Shown piece by piece: positions 23,723-36,481 of a stretch of 64,000 bases of DNA. This stretch comes from Camelus ferus (lineage: Eukaryota): contig NC_045696.1 of the NCBI RefSeq assembly GCF_009834535.1, positions 84,260,001 to 84,324,000 of the forward strand. The letters are read 5' to 3'. Position numbers and translations under genes: made by a program. The notes below the pieces were generated by a model, which made no database searches, was not told where the DNA came from, and was given only the letters and a program-made list of their open reading frames with translations. Numbering within the stretch: the first letter of the stretch is position 1; the number at the start of each line of letters is the position of its first letter.

Positions 23723-26700
23723 GAGTGATGTCAGCATCGTGGTAGGACCAGATGCTCCCTTTGTCTCTCTCCCTCAGTCTACAACTAGTAAAACATCCAT
23801 AACTCCCATCCATAACACCTAGTAAAACATCCATAACGAACATCCATAACAAACATCTGTAACAAAGCTTCCCCTACCCAACACACCAGGATGCCAGAGA
23901 GTTCCACACATCTGTACATCTGAAGGTGAATGGACTGGGACACAAAGAGAAGGTGGAATTGATGTAACAGTGGAGGTGGTGCCCATGACCCCAGCCCTCT
24001 GGCCATAGTGGGTGAGCCCACAGCCCTGGAGAACCCAGTAGCAGTCGGGGAGGCAGAGCACATAACTCCAGACACCCAACTGCAGTGGCACCCATGGCCA
24101 CAGGAAACCAGACAGCGGTGGTGGCAAGGACCCACAGTCCTGGTCCTTCCAGCCATGATGGGTGCCTGTGATTCTGGCCCCTGAACCCGTGGCAGTGGCA
24201 CCCTTGAACTTGGCAACCCCAGATGCAGCAATGTGTCATGACTCCTGCTACCCTGGCTCCCCCAGTGGCGATGCTAGTGATAGCAGTGACACTGGCAGCA
24301 GCAAGGCAGCAGCAAAACCGGAGTTCCAAACACTGACAGCTTAGGTGCTGAGGACACCCATTCTCAAATGTAGCCAGAGGCAGTTCAGGTATGAGAAACC
24401 AGAAGCTTGTGCTGTAGTACCACCTACTGAAAAACAAAAGAAAGGCCTCGAATAACGAGGCCTTTAATTATTAGAATCTAAATTTAAAAACAACTTTATA
24501 TAAATAAGAAAGTTGTTTATTACTTCAAATGCACTGACAAAGGAGCAACTCATCAAACATCATGAAAAACCATAACACTGTATCACAGAAAGAAACTGAC
24601 AATCATCTAGAAATCAGACTTAAAGGTATTGAATAATACAATCTAACTGATAGAGAATTCAAAATAGTTGTCGTGAGGAAACTCAGTGAGTTACAAGGAA
24701 ACTCAGAAAAGGAGTTCGATGAACTCAAGAATAAAATTAATGAACAGATGAAGTATTTTAACAAAACTAAAACTCTAAAAACAGAACAAACAAATTCTAG
24801 AGCCAAAGATCTCAATGAGATGAAGAATGCATTAGAAAGCACTGGAGGTAGAGACCATATAGGAAAGAGGATCAGTGAGCTCAAAGATATAAATAAAGAA
24901 ATGTTTCAGGTAGAAGAGGAAAGAGAACTAAGGTTTTTTTTTTAAAGGAAGAAATTCTATGAGAACTGCCCGACTCCATTAGGAAGGGGAGCATAAGGAT
25001 AATGGGTATCTCAGAAGGAGAAGAGGGGAGAAGGGAGCACAGAGTTTATTTTAAGAAATAATAGCTGAAAACTTCCCAAATCTGGAGAATGATCTGGAGA
25101 TACAAGTCCATGAAGCAAAGAGAACACCTAATTACCTCAGTCCAAAAGACCTTTTCCAAGACACATTATATTAGAATCATCAAGAGTCAATGATAAAGAA
25201 TTTTTAAGGCTACCAGGGGTAAAAATGATGGTAACCTACATAGGAACCTGCATCAGAATATCAGCAGATTTCTCAGCAGATGTAGGCCAGGACAGAGTAG
25301 AATAACATACTCAAAATATTGAAAGAAAAATACTGTCAGCCAAGAATACTTTATCCAGAAAAGTTACTTTTCACATATGAAGGAGAAATAAAAGCTTTCC
25401 CAGACAAACAAAGCTGAGGAAATTTATCACCATTAGACCTGCCTTACAAAAAATGTTAAAGGAGTTCTTCTACCTGAAATGAGAAGGCAAAGGTATATAA
25501 AACTTTGAGTAAAATAATAATCAGGATCAGAAAACTGCAACTGGCATTTATTATAGCATAGAGATTAAAGGGGAAAAAGCAGTAAAAATAACTGTAGTAG
25601 CTTCAGTTTGGTTACAAACTCACAATATAAAAATGGATATTTTGAGACAACAAAAACATAAAGGGGAAGAGGAAAAGAATGGAATCTGAATAGGCAAATG
25701 AAGATAATATGCTATTAGCAGAAAAAGGACAATTTTATCTGAGACTTTTATATAAACTTCATGGTAACCACAACAATAAATCTAGAGCAGAGTCATAAAA
25801 CATAAAACAAGAGGAAACCGTGAAAAACATCATAGAAAACTACCAAAGTAAAATGGCAGACAGAAACACAAGGAAAAAGAAACAATGGAGATATAGAGCA
25901 ACCAGAAAACAAAAGAGAAAACATCAGTACTAAGTCCTCATCTCTCAGTAATGACCCTAATGTAAATGGATTGAATTCACCAATCAAAAGAGACAGAGTG
26001 GCTAGGTGGATTAAAAGACAAGGACAAATTATTTGCTGTCTCCAGGAGACTTATCTCAGCGCTAAAAACAAACACAGGCTTAAAATGAAGGGATGGAAGA
26101 TGATACTCCAAGCAAATGGCAGCCAAAAGAAAGTGATTGTAAGCAAACACATACAAGGACAAAATCAACTTCAAGCCAAAAAAAGGTAACAAGAGACCAA
26201 TATGGACATTATATAAATGATAAAGGGGACAATTCATTAAGAAGAAACATTTACTAATATATGTACACCTAACGTAGAAGCACCAAAATATATAAAACAA
26301 TTATTAACAGACCCAAAGGGAGAAATTGGCAACAAGTCAATAATAGTTACAAGAAGGAAACTTTAACACCCTACTTACATCAATGGAAAGTCAACCAGAT
26401 AGAAAGTCAAGAAAACAGCAACCCTAAATGAAACATTAGACCAGACAGATTGGGTGGATTTGTACAGAACATTTCATCCAAATGCAGCAGAGTGCATATT
26501 CTTCTCAAATGCACATAGAACTTTCTCAGGGATAGATCATATGTTTGGGCACAAAACAAACCTGAATACATTTAAGAAGATTGAAATCATATCAAGCATC
26601 TTTTCTGATGACAGTAGTATGAAACTAGAAATCAACTACAAGAAGAAAACTGGAAAAATCACAAATGAGTGGAGAGTAAACAACTTGCTACTGAACAACT

Positions 26701-28320
26701 ATTAGGTCAGCGAAGAATCAAAGGAGAAAGTTTTTAAAAACTGAAGACAAATAAAAATGAAAGTATGACCTACTGAAATCTATAGGATGCAGCAAAAGTG
26801 GTCCTGTAAGACACGTTTGCAGCATTACAAGCCTACCTGAAGAAACAAAACGATTCTCAAATAAACATTCTAATCTTACACCTAAAGGAACTAGGAAAAA
26901 TAAAGAACAAATGAAGCCCGAAATCAGTAAAAATTAGGAAATAATAAACATCAGGATGAAAATAGAGACTTTAGGCAGTAGGAAAGATCAATGAAACTTG
27001 GAGCTTGTTCTTTGAAAAGATAAAAACTTGACACATGTTTATCTAGATTCACTAAGAAAAAAAGAGAGAAGGCTCAGATGAGTAAAATCAGAAACAAAAG
27101 ACTAGAAATTACAATGGATAGTACAGAAATGCAAAGGATTATGAGAAAATAGTATGAACAGCTATCCTCCAACAATAGGACAACCTAGAAGAAATAGACA
27201 AATTCTTAGAATCAAACAACCTTCCAAGACTGAATCATGAAGAAATAGAAAATCTGAATAGACCAATCTTTACTAAGAATATTGGAACAGTAATCAAAAA
27301 CCTTCCAAAAATCAGAAGTCCAGGCCTGGACAGCTTCACAAGTGAATTCTATCAAACATTCAAAGAAGATTTTATACCTGTCCTCAAACTCTTCCAAAAA
27401 ATTCAAGAGGAGTGAATACTTATTATACAGTGCTAACGCTACCTTGGTACCAAAAACCAGACAAGGGCAACGCAAAAAGGTAAAATTACAGGCCAATATC
27501 TCTGATGAACATAGATGCAGAAATCCTTGACAAAGTATTAACAAACCAAATACAACGATACATTAAAAGGGTCATACACAATGATCAAGTGGGATTTATT
27601 CCACAGATGCAAAAATGATTCAACACCCACAAATCAATCAACATGATGTATTACATTAACAAAAGAAGATTAAAAATCAAATAATCATCTCAATAGATGC
27701 AGGAAAAGCATTTGATAATATTCTACATCATTTGTGATAAAAACTCTCAATAAAATGAGTATACAAGTAATATACTTGAACATAATAAAGGCCATATGTG
27801 ACAGACTCACAGCTGACATCATACTCAATGATGGAAACCTGAAAGCTTATCCCTCTAAGATGAGGAACAAGACAAGGATGCCCCCTCATACTACTCTTAC
27901 TTAAGGTACTACTGAAAGTCCTAGTCGGAGCAATTAGATAAGAAAAAGAAATAAAAGACACCTAAAGTGGAAAGGAAGAAGTAAAAATGTCACTATTTGT
28001 AGATAATTTTATTTATAGAAAACCCTAAAGACTTCACTGAAAGACTATCAGAAATAATAAATGAATACTGTAAATTTGCAAGCAGTATTGAAAAAAGGTT
28101 GTGTTTCTGTACACTAACAACAAACCAACAGAGAGAAATTAAGGAAACAATTCTTTTACCCTTGCAACAAAAAGAGTGAAATAACTAGGGATAAATTTAA
28201 CCAAGGAGGTAAAAGACCTGTACATTGAAAACTAGTAAGATATTTTTGAAAAAAACTGAAGAAGACACACAAAAAATGGAAAGAGATTCCATACTCATTG
28301 GAAGAATTAAAGTTGTTAAA
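23723..28320 (+). mobile_element. Large decayed L1: 5' UTR, ORF1 (~24562-25490), ORF2 endonuclease and RT (~25925-28320), 3'-truncated
   Basis: ORF pieces RKLSELQGNSEKEFDELKNKINEQ (ORF1), NSPIKRDRVARWIK...ICCLQET and DLYRTFHPNAAECIFFSNAHRTFSGIDHM (APE endonuclease); 'ggaacaagacaaggatgccccctc' (RT GTRQGCPL). Many stops and frameshifts. Confidence 0.95.
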
Positions 28321-28694
28321 AATAACATATGTGTGATGTATTTTTCACATAGCTAGGGACTTCTAAGCATTATAAAAACCATTTATATAGTACTTTGGTG
28401 AATTTCTAATATTAATGATTCTGTTAAACCTTACACCTCTTAGGAGATAGATGGCTTGAGTTTGTTCTGTAATTCTACTCTTATAGAATATTTTAAACTT
28501 TGTTCAAAAGCTTTGTTTTTTCAAAGTTCATGTTGCCATCTAACTCACCTCTCCCCTGCAATATGTAAATAAGATAAGTGAAAGGAGAATCTCTGTTCCT
28601 CCCTTTAATTTTCTTGTGCTTGATCCAACATGAAAATAAATACGCACAATGAATTAAGAACAAAACTCAACAGTCTGATCTCTGTACAAGCAAT

Positions 28695-28860
28695 TGTATA
28701 TATAATTAACACTGTTGTATGTTGTATATAAAAGAGAGTCAGTCCTAAGAGTTCTCATCATAAGGAGAAATTTTTTTTTCTGTTTCTTTTCTCATATCTA
28801 TATGAGATGATGGATGTTCATTAAACTTATTGTGTTAATCATTTCATGATGTATGTAGTT
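28695..28860 (+). mobile_element. L1 3' UTR fragment (L1MA9-like)
   Basis: 'gtcctaagagttctcatcataagg...tatgagatgatggatgttcattaaacttattgtg...aatcatttcatgat'. Confidence 0.7.
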
Positions 28861-30329
28861 TTCTTTTTCTTTTAAATGGAAGGGACATTTAGAGAGAATT
28901 TAATAATTTTAAGTTTCAAAAAATCAAAAGTAAGACCCATTTTCTATGTTAACGTAATTCAGTAGGGAAGGAGATTAGCCTGGGAAAGAAAGACCTTGAT
29001 TCTAACTCAAGCCCCAACATTTTGTATCCGCTTGGCTTTGAGCAAAGCTTTATGAACTTGGATTTTCTTGGCTAAATAGTGGAGCTTATAATATCTGTTC
29101 TCTGTCTTTGCATGATTGTTTTAAGAATGAGAAAAATAGAGTATACATATATACTCTTACAACCAAGAAAAGTAATATTTAAATGTAAGATGAGGGAAAG
29201 AAAATTCACATTTATTGGCATTTTACGTATATTGAGTTAACAGAATTTTAAGACATTTAGGTATAGGATTTCAGTTTATAAGTCATTCATGGTATTTATC
29301 TTATTTTTTAGCAGTAAATTTAATTTGAGAATAAAATCATTTTTATTGATGATTTCAGTCTTTTAATATGCTACCTAAAGATGTTATAAAAATTGAAACA
29401 TTGATAGCAAGATTCATATTAGGACAGGAATACTCTTTGTTTTGTGTTATTTAAATATATATATTTGAATGATAACCCCATTTGATAATTTTATATAAAA
29501 TTAATATTTTTTGATATTTAAAAAATATAAAATATAAACTAGAAATTTTAACCACTTTTGAAATCTACAGTACTTTATTCTAGGTAATTTAAACTTAGGC
29601 TTAGATTGGATTACTATGACTGAAAAAAATTTTGTTAAAATGCATTTTTCTGGGGAAAAATGAAGCATTACCATTGGCCTAATTTCCTTTTTATTTTCTT
29701 GATAAATCAACTTTATTCAGGTGTAATTTGTGAACAATGAAATGCACCCATTTTTCCTGCATCAGACCTCTGGAGTTTGGCTCAAGCTCAGATGGGATCC
29801 AGAATCCTACAGACCTTGGGCAAACCAGGGTTACTGCTGATAGGAGATCCCTCAGAAAACAGGGCCTTCCTGAGATTTGCCTGCTCTTTTCCAGCCACTC
29901 TGAAGGCACTTAATAAGGTTTTTAAAAATCTTTTTTCCACTTAATTTTATTTCTGCCATTATTTCTCTCCCTCCCCCAGCGCCTTCTTTTTAATTTAATT
30001 TAATTTTTTATCTGCAACTTAGACCTTCATTTCGTCTTTACCAGCTCCTCAGTGCACATACAACAGGGAGGAGATGAGGAGTGGTGATAACTCCCGCCTG
30101 GTTTGCTTCTGTCACGTCAGGCCTCCATGATTAAGCTTTTTTCTCTTTTTTTAAACAAAGAAGATGGAAACAGCTACTTCGAAACATTTAAAAACTGCAT
30201 CCACCCTTGACAAACAAAACAGATTTACAAGGCATTTTTTTATGCCAAGTAAAAAGGTGTTTTGAAATCAGAAAAGAGAAGTTAGTTTTACTCAATTTCC
30301 CAACACTGTATTTTTATGTTATTTTGCTG

Positions 30330-30680
30330 TGTGCTATTTGCCAGGCACTGTGGTAGCCATCAAAGATTTAAGACATGATTGTTTCCTTCTGTGAGATTTC
30401 ATGATATGGTGGGATAGATGGACATCAAAAGATGATGTAAAATCAATATTGTGTGGGCTGTTAGCGATCCCCTTGGGGTAAGAAGTGGGTACAGAGGATG
30501 GGCACCTCGCTCAGTTTGGGGAGGAGCGCAGGGAAAGGTGGGAGTAATTTGCGGTGAATCCAGAAGGCGAGGTCAGTCGCCAGGCAAAGGTCACAGAGGA
30601 GGGAGGGCCTTCCTGGTAAGTGAAGCTCATGAGCAAAGGCATGACAAGAGGAACGACCTGGAGCTTGCTGGGGAACCACA
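30330..30680 (-). mobile_element. L2 fragment
   Basis: 'tgccaggcactgtggtagccat...agacatgattgtttccttc...gagcaaaggcatga'. Confidence 0.55.
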
Positions 30681-30844
30681 GGTAGGGGCACTTCCTGATG
30701 TGCACTTTTGAATAGTTAATACTTTCTAAAGATGCTTTATCACCAAGAAAATATTCATTACTGCTTATTCAGGCTCCCACTAGATTAGCTATATTTAGTT
30801 CTTTATCCATGATGTGCACAAAATAGCACATCTATCTATTTGGG

Positions 30845-31090
30845 GTCTATATAGTGGAAAGCCTATGAGTCATTAGAATTATACACACCTGGGGTCACTT
30901 CCCAGCTCTGCCACCCACTCACCATGTGACCAAGGACAAGTTATTTAAACCCTCACAGCTTTTGTTTCTGTATCCCTAAAACAGAGATTAAAAATATGCT
31001 TTAGAGTTGACTTGAGGATTAAATGCCATGTTTTTAAGATACTTAGGATAGTCTGAGCTCAAACTAGCCCCTCAGTAGATGGCAGCTTTC
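30845..31090 (+). mobile_element. MIR SINE
   Basis: 'cccagctctgccacccactcaccatgtgaccaaggacaagttatttaaacc...tgaggattaaatg'. Confidence 0.8.
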
Positions 31091-31255
31091 ACTATTCTAT
31101 TGTTTGATTTAAACAGCAATTTGTAGTTTTAAATATTAAATAAAGTGCGTTGAATTTTACCAGTCATAGGATGACGCAAATATGTTTTGATGTATCTAAA
31201 TTGCTTAGGCTGACAACGTAAGGCTTTTTATTCCTGGTTTATTTTTCTTTAATAG

Positions 31256-31414
31256 GCAAAGTCTCAAATATTATCCAATGTATTGGATGTTGCCCATCGG
31301 TTTATAAAGGAAGTTAATCCAGATGAACCCAAAGGAGAGACTCGTTCTACAAAAGAGATTAGTAAAAGTAAGAATAAACCCAAATCTCCTCTTCTGCAGT
31401 GGAGCAGCTCTGAG
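31256..31414 (+). CDS. ZBBX: ZBBX internal coding exon (159 nt, phase 0-0): [53 protein letters not shown]
   Basis: Acceptor tttttctttaatag|, donor GAG|gtaagc; continues frame; matches recalled human [26 protein letters not shown]. Confidence 0.95.
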
Positions 31415-32264
31415 GTAAGCTGAGGAAAATATGGGAGACATTTTCTGTCATACATGAGCATGGAGACTGTCAGTCATGTACTTAACTAGAGCTGCAGAGT
31501 TTTGAAGATGATTTAATCACTTTGTTGTTTAATATGATTTTTAAAATTAATCAAACACAGTAAAAATCCTTTTAAAGAGATTGCTTTGATTTCACTGGTT
31601 ACTGGTTTTTTGATGAATGATCCTTTGACCATATTGCTTTCCAGGCATTTTCACCACATCAGGAAATGAATATTTGGGAGAAACAGAAAAAAACCCCCAC
31701 AATGAAATATAATAATTTTATATTAATCAGGTTCTCTGCAAGGTTAAAAATATAAACCTTTGCCAAGTGTTTTAGGTGGCAGGGGATTTCAGTTATCTAA
31801 AATCAGATTTATACCACAATGTGGTGGTCGTTCAGCTTGGTTACTGATCCTGCGGCGTGCCAGATAAGCTTTCATCAGCTCACGTCTGTATTTTAATAAA
31901 GGACTTGTGTTGATTCTTTAGCAAGAAACAAAATTCCTCAAATTTTGATCCTTGTAATAATCCTTATTCTTTTAGATGCTGCTCACCTTTCCGTGGTCTT
32001 TCAGAAATCGTAGCTTGGCCAGAGTTACAGGGCTTGTTGCTTTGTGACAGAGTCAAACTTGAAATTCAGTCTGTTGAGTTTGAAACCCATGCTCATGGGA
32101 TGTACAAGAAGGTGTGCTCTGTGTCAGCAGGACCGCTTTACAGCAGAGGAACTGTGCCTGAGCTGTCCAGGGGGGTTAGCCTGCTGGCATGAATTTTGCT
32201 GGTAGACCTGCCAACGATGCTTGTGAAGAATCACTGAGTGAATTACAGCCTTATTGTTAGACTA

Positions 32265-32480
32265 ATACCGTACTAAGGACCAGCTGTGTGCCAGACACCA
32301 TCCTACATATTTCATGTGTATTCTCTCTTTTTTAGCCTTTTGAAAATCATTTCTTTTTTTCAGAGGAGAAGATAGTGGCAGAGTGCAGTTTGTATAGATT
32401 GCCCAAGGTGTCATTGCTAGTGGGGCTTAGATTTGAACGCAGACCATGTGACTCCAAACTACCTGCTTTTAATCACTCCC
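32265..32480 (-). mobile_element. MIR SINE
   Basis: 'tgtgccagacaccatccta...ttgcccaaggtgtcattgctag...agatttgaacgcagacc'. Confidence 0.65.
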
Positions 32481-32559
32481 CAGAAGAGGTGGTTTTAAGG
32501 GTTTCTCCTTCATACTTGCCGATTTATCTAATTTATCTTACAGCAGAAATAGTGATAAA

Positions 32560-32715
32560 TCAGCAGCTAACATTTATTAAACACCTTATGCTAGGCATTG
32601 TGCTTTGTCCTTTAATTGCTTTATCTTATCCAATAATCACAGCAACCATATAAGTTCTGCATTATCAATACCTTATTAACAGGTGAGGAAGGCAGAGGGG
32701 AGTTAAGTAATTGGC
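32560..32715 (-). mobile_element. MIR SINE
   Basis: 'agctaacatttattaaacaccttatgctaggcattgtgct...acaggtgaggaaggcagagggga'. Confidence 0.7.
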
Positions 32716-32854
32716 TGCACTGGAAAGCTCTAGAGTGCGCTCCTTTGCCTGTGCTTTCAATCCCTACAATAAACGCTGCCTCTTGTCCCCATTGGTAACT
32801 GTGTATGCTGTACAGACCCTCCAGTTCTTGTCTTAACTTAAAAACCATTAATTC

Positions 32855-33230
32855 AGCAGTTTCATCCAGGAGAGGACGTTAGAATCAACTGGAGAAACAT
32901 TAGAGATACACACATAACGGGGTGGGTCCCGACGTGTGTGGCTTTAACAACGGCTCAGTTGTTCCGGTGAGCGTTCTTGGCTGGGCATCACTGCTGCCCA
33001 CGCTGAGGAGTGCCCCCCGCTGTGCACAGTGCACACGCTGAAAGGGACCGTCTCAGCTGCTTGGGAGTCGTCTGTGCTGAAGGGCAGTGGTTCTCCAACT
33101 GCAATAGGCATGCGTTTGTTAAAAATCTGTATTCCTGCTCTGCCATTCAAATTTTGATTTTTTTACATCTAGGTTAGGGCCAAAGAATCTGATTTTTAAT
33201 TGAATCACCAAGCAATTAGAGTGCCCAGAA
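32855..33230. mobile_element. Two adjacent MER5-like DNA transposon remnants
   Basis: 'ttagaatcaactggagaaacatt...ggggtgggtcccg', then 'gcagtggttctccaactgca...tctaggttagggccaaagaatctg'. Confidence 0.55.
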
Positions 33231-33334
33231 GAGTCAAAATGATGCTAAAGCCTGATATTTGTCTCAGGACTTTTCTTATGGATTCAAGACAATGGATATC
33301 CTTGGAAAGGGCTGCAGTTCACGAAAGAGCTTCC

Positions 33335-33500
33335 ACATTAGAGACTGAAACCTGCTTTTGAAATCCGACTCTGGTTTTCTTGCAGTTTTGTAACATCAGG
33401 CAATTTACTTAGACTTTCAATCCTCTGTTTTCTCCTCTGGAAAGTGGGGGTATTAAAACATGCCTTGCAGGGTTATCATGTGGCCTAGAGGGTTAATGGA
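33335..33500 (+). mobile_element. MIR SINE
   Basis: 'caggcaatttacttagactttcaatcctctgttttctcctctggaaagtgggg'. Confidence 0.65.
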
Positions 33501-33539
33501 TGTACAACATTGGATTCCATGTGCTCCTTCAAATTTCCT

Positions 33540-33810
33540 AGGCCTTGTAGAAGCAGACAGGATCATGTTGGGCTCTGAGTGGAAGTGACATATGACAGTT
33601 CTGGGCTGAAACATTTAAGAGCCAACGTACAGTCCTCTGGCTTTTTCCTATCCAATCACCGCTGTGTGGAAGCCAAGTATCCTAAAGGCGTAGCTGTAAA
33701 ATGCAAACATCTTATATCTTTGATTCATTGCTTGGAAGGGAGCTGCCCTGAAGAGCTGCTGAAATCACCAGAATACTTAACCCATTTTGTATGAAGCACT
33801 GAATTTTCAG
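33540..33810 (+). mobile_element. Old MaLR LTR fragment (MLT1I/J-like)
   Basis: 'gtggaagtgacatatgacagttctgggctgaaacatttaagagcc', 'gggagctgccctgaagagctgc'. Confidence 0.6.
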
Positions 33811-33829
33811 TTCTTCTTCATTAGTACAG

Positions 33830-33832
<3 letters not shown>

Positions 33833-33874
<42 letters not shown>
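33833..33874. repeat. (AC)21 microsatellite
   Basis: Perfect dinucleotide run. Confidence 0.97.
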
Positions 33875-33878
<4 letters not shown>

Positions 33879-35380
33879 TCTCACATATTTGGTTACTGAA
33901 TATCTGTAAGTACCTTCCCACATGCTTCTGAGACTCAGTATTTCCAAAATAAATGCATTACCCTTTTTCCAAAACCTATAGATGTTACTGTTGGTGGCAG
34001 CCTCTTCTTTAGCTTTCCAGGCCAGCAAGAACAGACACTTTCTATGGTCCTTCCTCTGCCTCCATTGCACATCCAGTCAGTTACCATGTCTCATCTAAAA
34101 ACCATCTAAAAACTCTCTTGAATTTTTGGTCACTTATATTCTTATTACTATTTTGAATACTGAAATTAGCCTTTTCTTAAAGTGCAAAAGTTTTATGAAG
34201 TGAAAAGTGCATTTCATTCTCATCCCTTCTAGAAGTTAATTCTAACTTTGAATGTGTTTCTTAATACAAATATTAATATGTTGCATACTGCTCTGCAAAC
34301 ATGCTTTTTATTACAGTTAACAATACAATTTTGTTTTTTGTATATTCTACCACTTTCTCATTCTATACAGGTGCTGTAAAATACTCTATTTTTGGGCTAT
34401 GAAGTGACTTAAAAATACCTCTTTTCCACTGATCAAGAGTTACACTGTTTCAATCTTTTGCCAGTATAAACTGTAGTATAAAGGATAATTTTGAAAAGTA
34501 ATGTTTTGCATTTATGTTTAAGTATATACATACGATAAAGTCCTGAAATTCCTAGGTGAAGAGGATCACGCATTTGTAATGTGGACAGATATTGACAAAT
34601 GGATGTAAATTTTCATTGGTTTCCTTGCGTCCGAATTCACTATTCCCTAATTTCTTTCTTTCCCACACTTCTGTGTGGGACTCTAAAGTAGCTTTACGTT
34701 TCCAGTATGTTTATGTGTAATTTCCTCTGGATTGCAGGCAAGATCCTTTATCATCTGCCCTTGTCTTTCCACTCTTTATTTTTTCTAATATCCGAATTTT
34801 TGCTGTAATGAAATGAACTATGTACAGTTCCATGCCACTGTGCTCCACATCTTAACACATGTTCCCTTCCCTCTCTCTAAAATGCTGTTCCTCCTGCTTT
34901 TTGCCCATAGGATTCTTGTTTATCTAAGTTAAATATCTGCTTCTTACATCTGTTTCTATTGTGGACTCATTATATTTCTGTGGTCAAGGGCTAGCATAGT
35001 CTCCTCCGGTCCCCGGATGCTTTCTGTTTATATTGAAATGTTGTGTGACCTTCTCTCAATTGTTCTCTAACAATCTGCCTGTTTATTTTGCAATTAAAGG
35101 CTGGACATCGACTCTTGTGTTTAGAAGATACACAATGGAGATTTAGCAGTTCGATCAGTGTAGGTAGCCACATTTGATAATTCAGCATTGGTGTGGAACT
35201 TATTTTGGTTTAGTTTCCTAATTTAGCTATTTTCTCTGATTCACCGGATAACTAACTGCCACATCCTACCTTTATTTTATTCTGTGTGTTCACAGTGTAT
35301 CTATATTTTGTACTGAATTTATCCTTTCCCCCATCATTACACTGAGAAGCATGCAATATTTCATATGCATTAATTAGTTT

Positions 35381-36050
35381 GTCATTCATTCACTTGACTT
35401 TTAACGAGCACCTGCTTTGTGCCAGGCACTGCTCTTGGCACTGAGGGCACACAAAATTCCTGATCTCATTACATTTTAATGGGGAGAGACAGGCAATAAA
35501 TAAACATATAGAGTAAATTCACATGGAGATAAGTTGTTGGGAGGAAAATAAAGCAGATAAGGGTTTGGAAAGTGGGGGATGCAGGGGCTGTATTCTTAGG
35601 GTCACCAGTAAGGTAATCAATCACCTACTCTCTGAGTAGGTGACATTTGAGCCGAGACCTAATGAAATGAGTGGAATGGCTGTGTGAAGAAGATACGGCA
35701 AAGTATCATTCTAGGCAGCGGGTATAGTTAATGCAAGGTCCTCGAGTAGCATGTGCTTGGCAGGTTCCCAGAACTACCAGACTATAAGTTTGGCTGGAGC
35801 AGGTGGATGAAGAGGGGAATTGAAGGAAGTGAAGTAAAAGACAGGGGAATACAAGGCTGTGTACGGCCTTGCAAGTCCTTGAAGGAACCGAGGGTTTCAC
35901 AGAGAATCTTTGGAGGGTTTTGAGCAGAGGAGTGACATGATCAGATTTACATTTTAAGAAACTGCTCTTTCTGCTGTGGGGCGGCTTCAGGGAGCACAAG
36001 ATTAGAGAAACAGGAGGATTAGATACAAGGCTATCACTGCTTTCCAGGGA
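35381..36050 (-). mobile_element. L2 (L2a-like) 3' portion
   Basis: 'cattcattcac...gagcacctgctttgtgccaggcactgctcttggcactgag', 'ggagggttttgagcagaggagtgacatgatcagatttacattttaag'. Confidence 0.85.
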
Positions 36051-36306
36051 AAAGACTGAGGGAATAACATAATGATAAGTCTTCAGTCCTCCAGGCTCTA
36101 GTTTTAATAATTTCTGAAGAGACCATTTAGAACTGCCTATGGAGTTTTAAAGAAATCAGTAAAGCACATAAATAGAACTTAAAAACATTCTATTCTAAGT
36201 TAAAAAATAATGTGTGATTCACACTGCTCAATAATTAATGCTACTTGTGTTTTAAGATATAGGAAATCTAGCGAAGTACACTTAGATACATTTGTAATTG
36301 GTTTAG

Positions 36307-36481
36307 GTAGACGCTTCAACAACAAAAAAAGAAGAATGTACAAATCCAAGAGATTGGCTCTTGTGTGAGGAGCTCTCTGATGAGGAAGCTTCTGCCCAAT
36401 CCTTTCAGGAAATTTTAAATCAACGGAGAACCGGACATCAGGATGACGATGAGAAACAGAACTCACATGAAGCAAAACCAG
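36307..36481 (+). CDS. ZBBX: ZBBX internal coding exon (175 nt, phase 0-1): [58 protein letters not shown]
   Basis: Acceptor gtttag|, donor CAG|gtacag; contains [11 protein letters not shown] as in human ZBBX; frame consistent with both neighbours. Confidence 0.92.

Noticed and set aside
23649..24437. Overlapping minus-strand ORFs up to 187 aa
   Set aside because: Lie in the GC-rich repetitive L1 5' UTR; low stop density explains them, and no domain is recognisable.
24562..28320. Active L1 or domesticated L1 protein gene
   Set aside because: ORF1 and ORF2 are broken by many stops and frameshifts, and the 3' end is missing.
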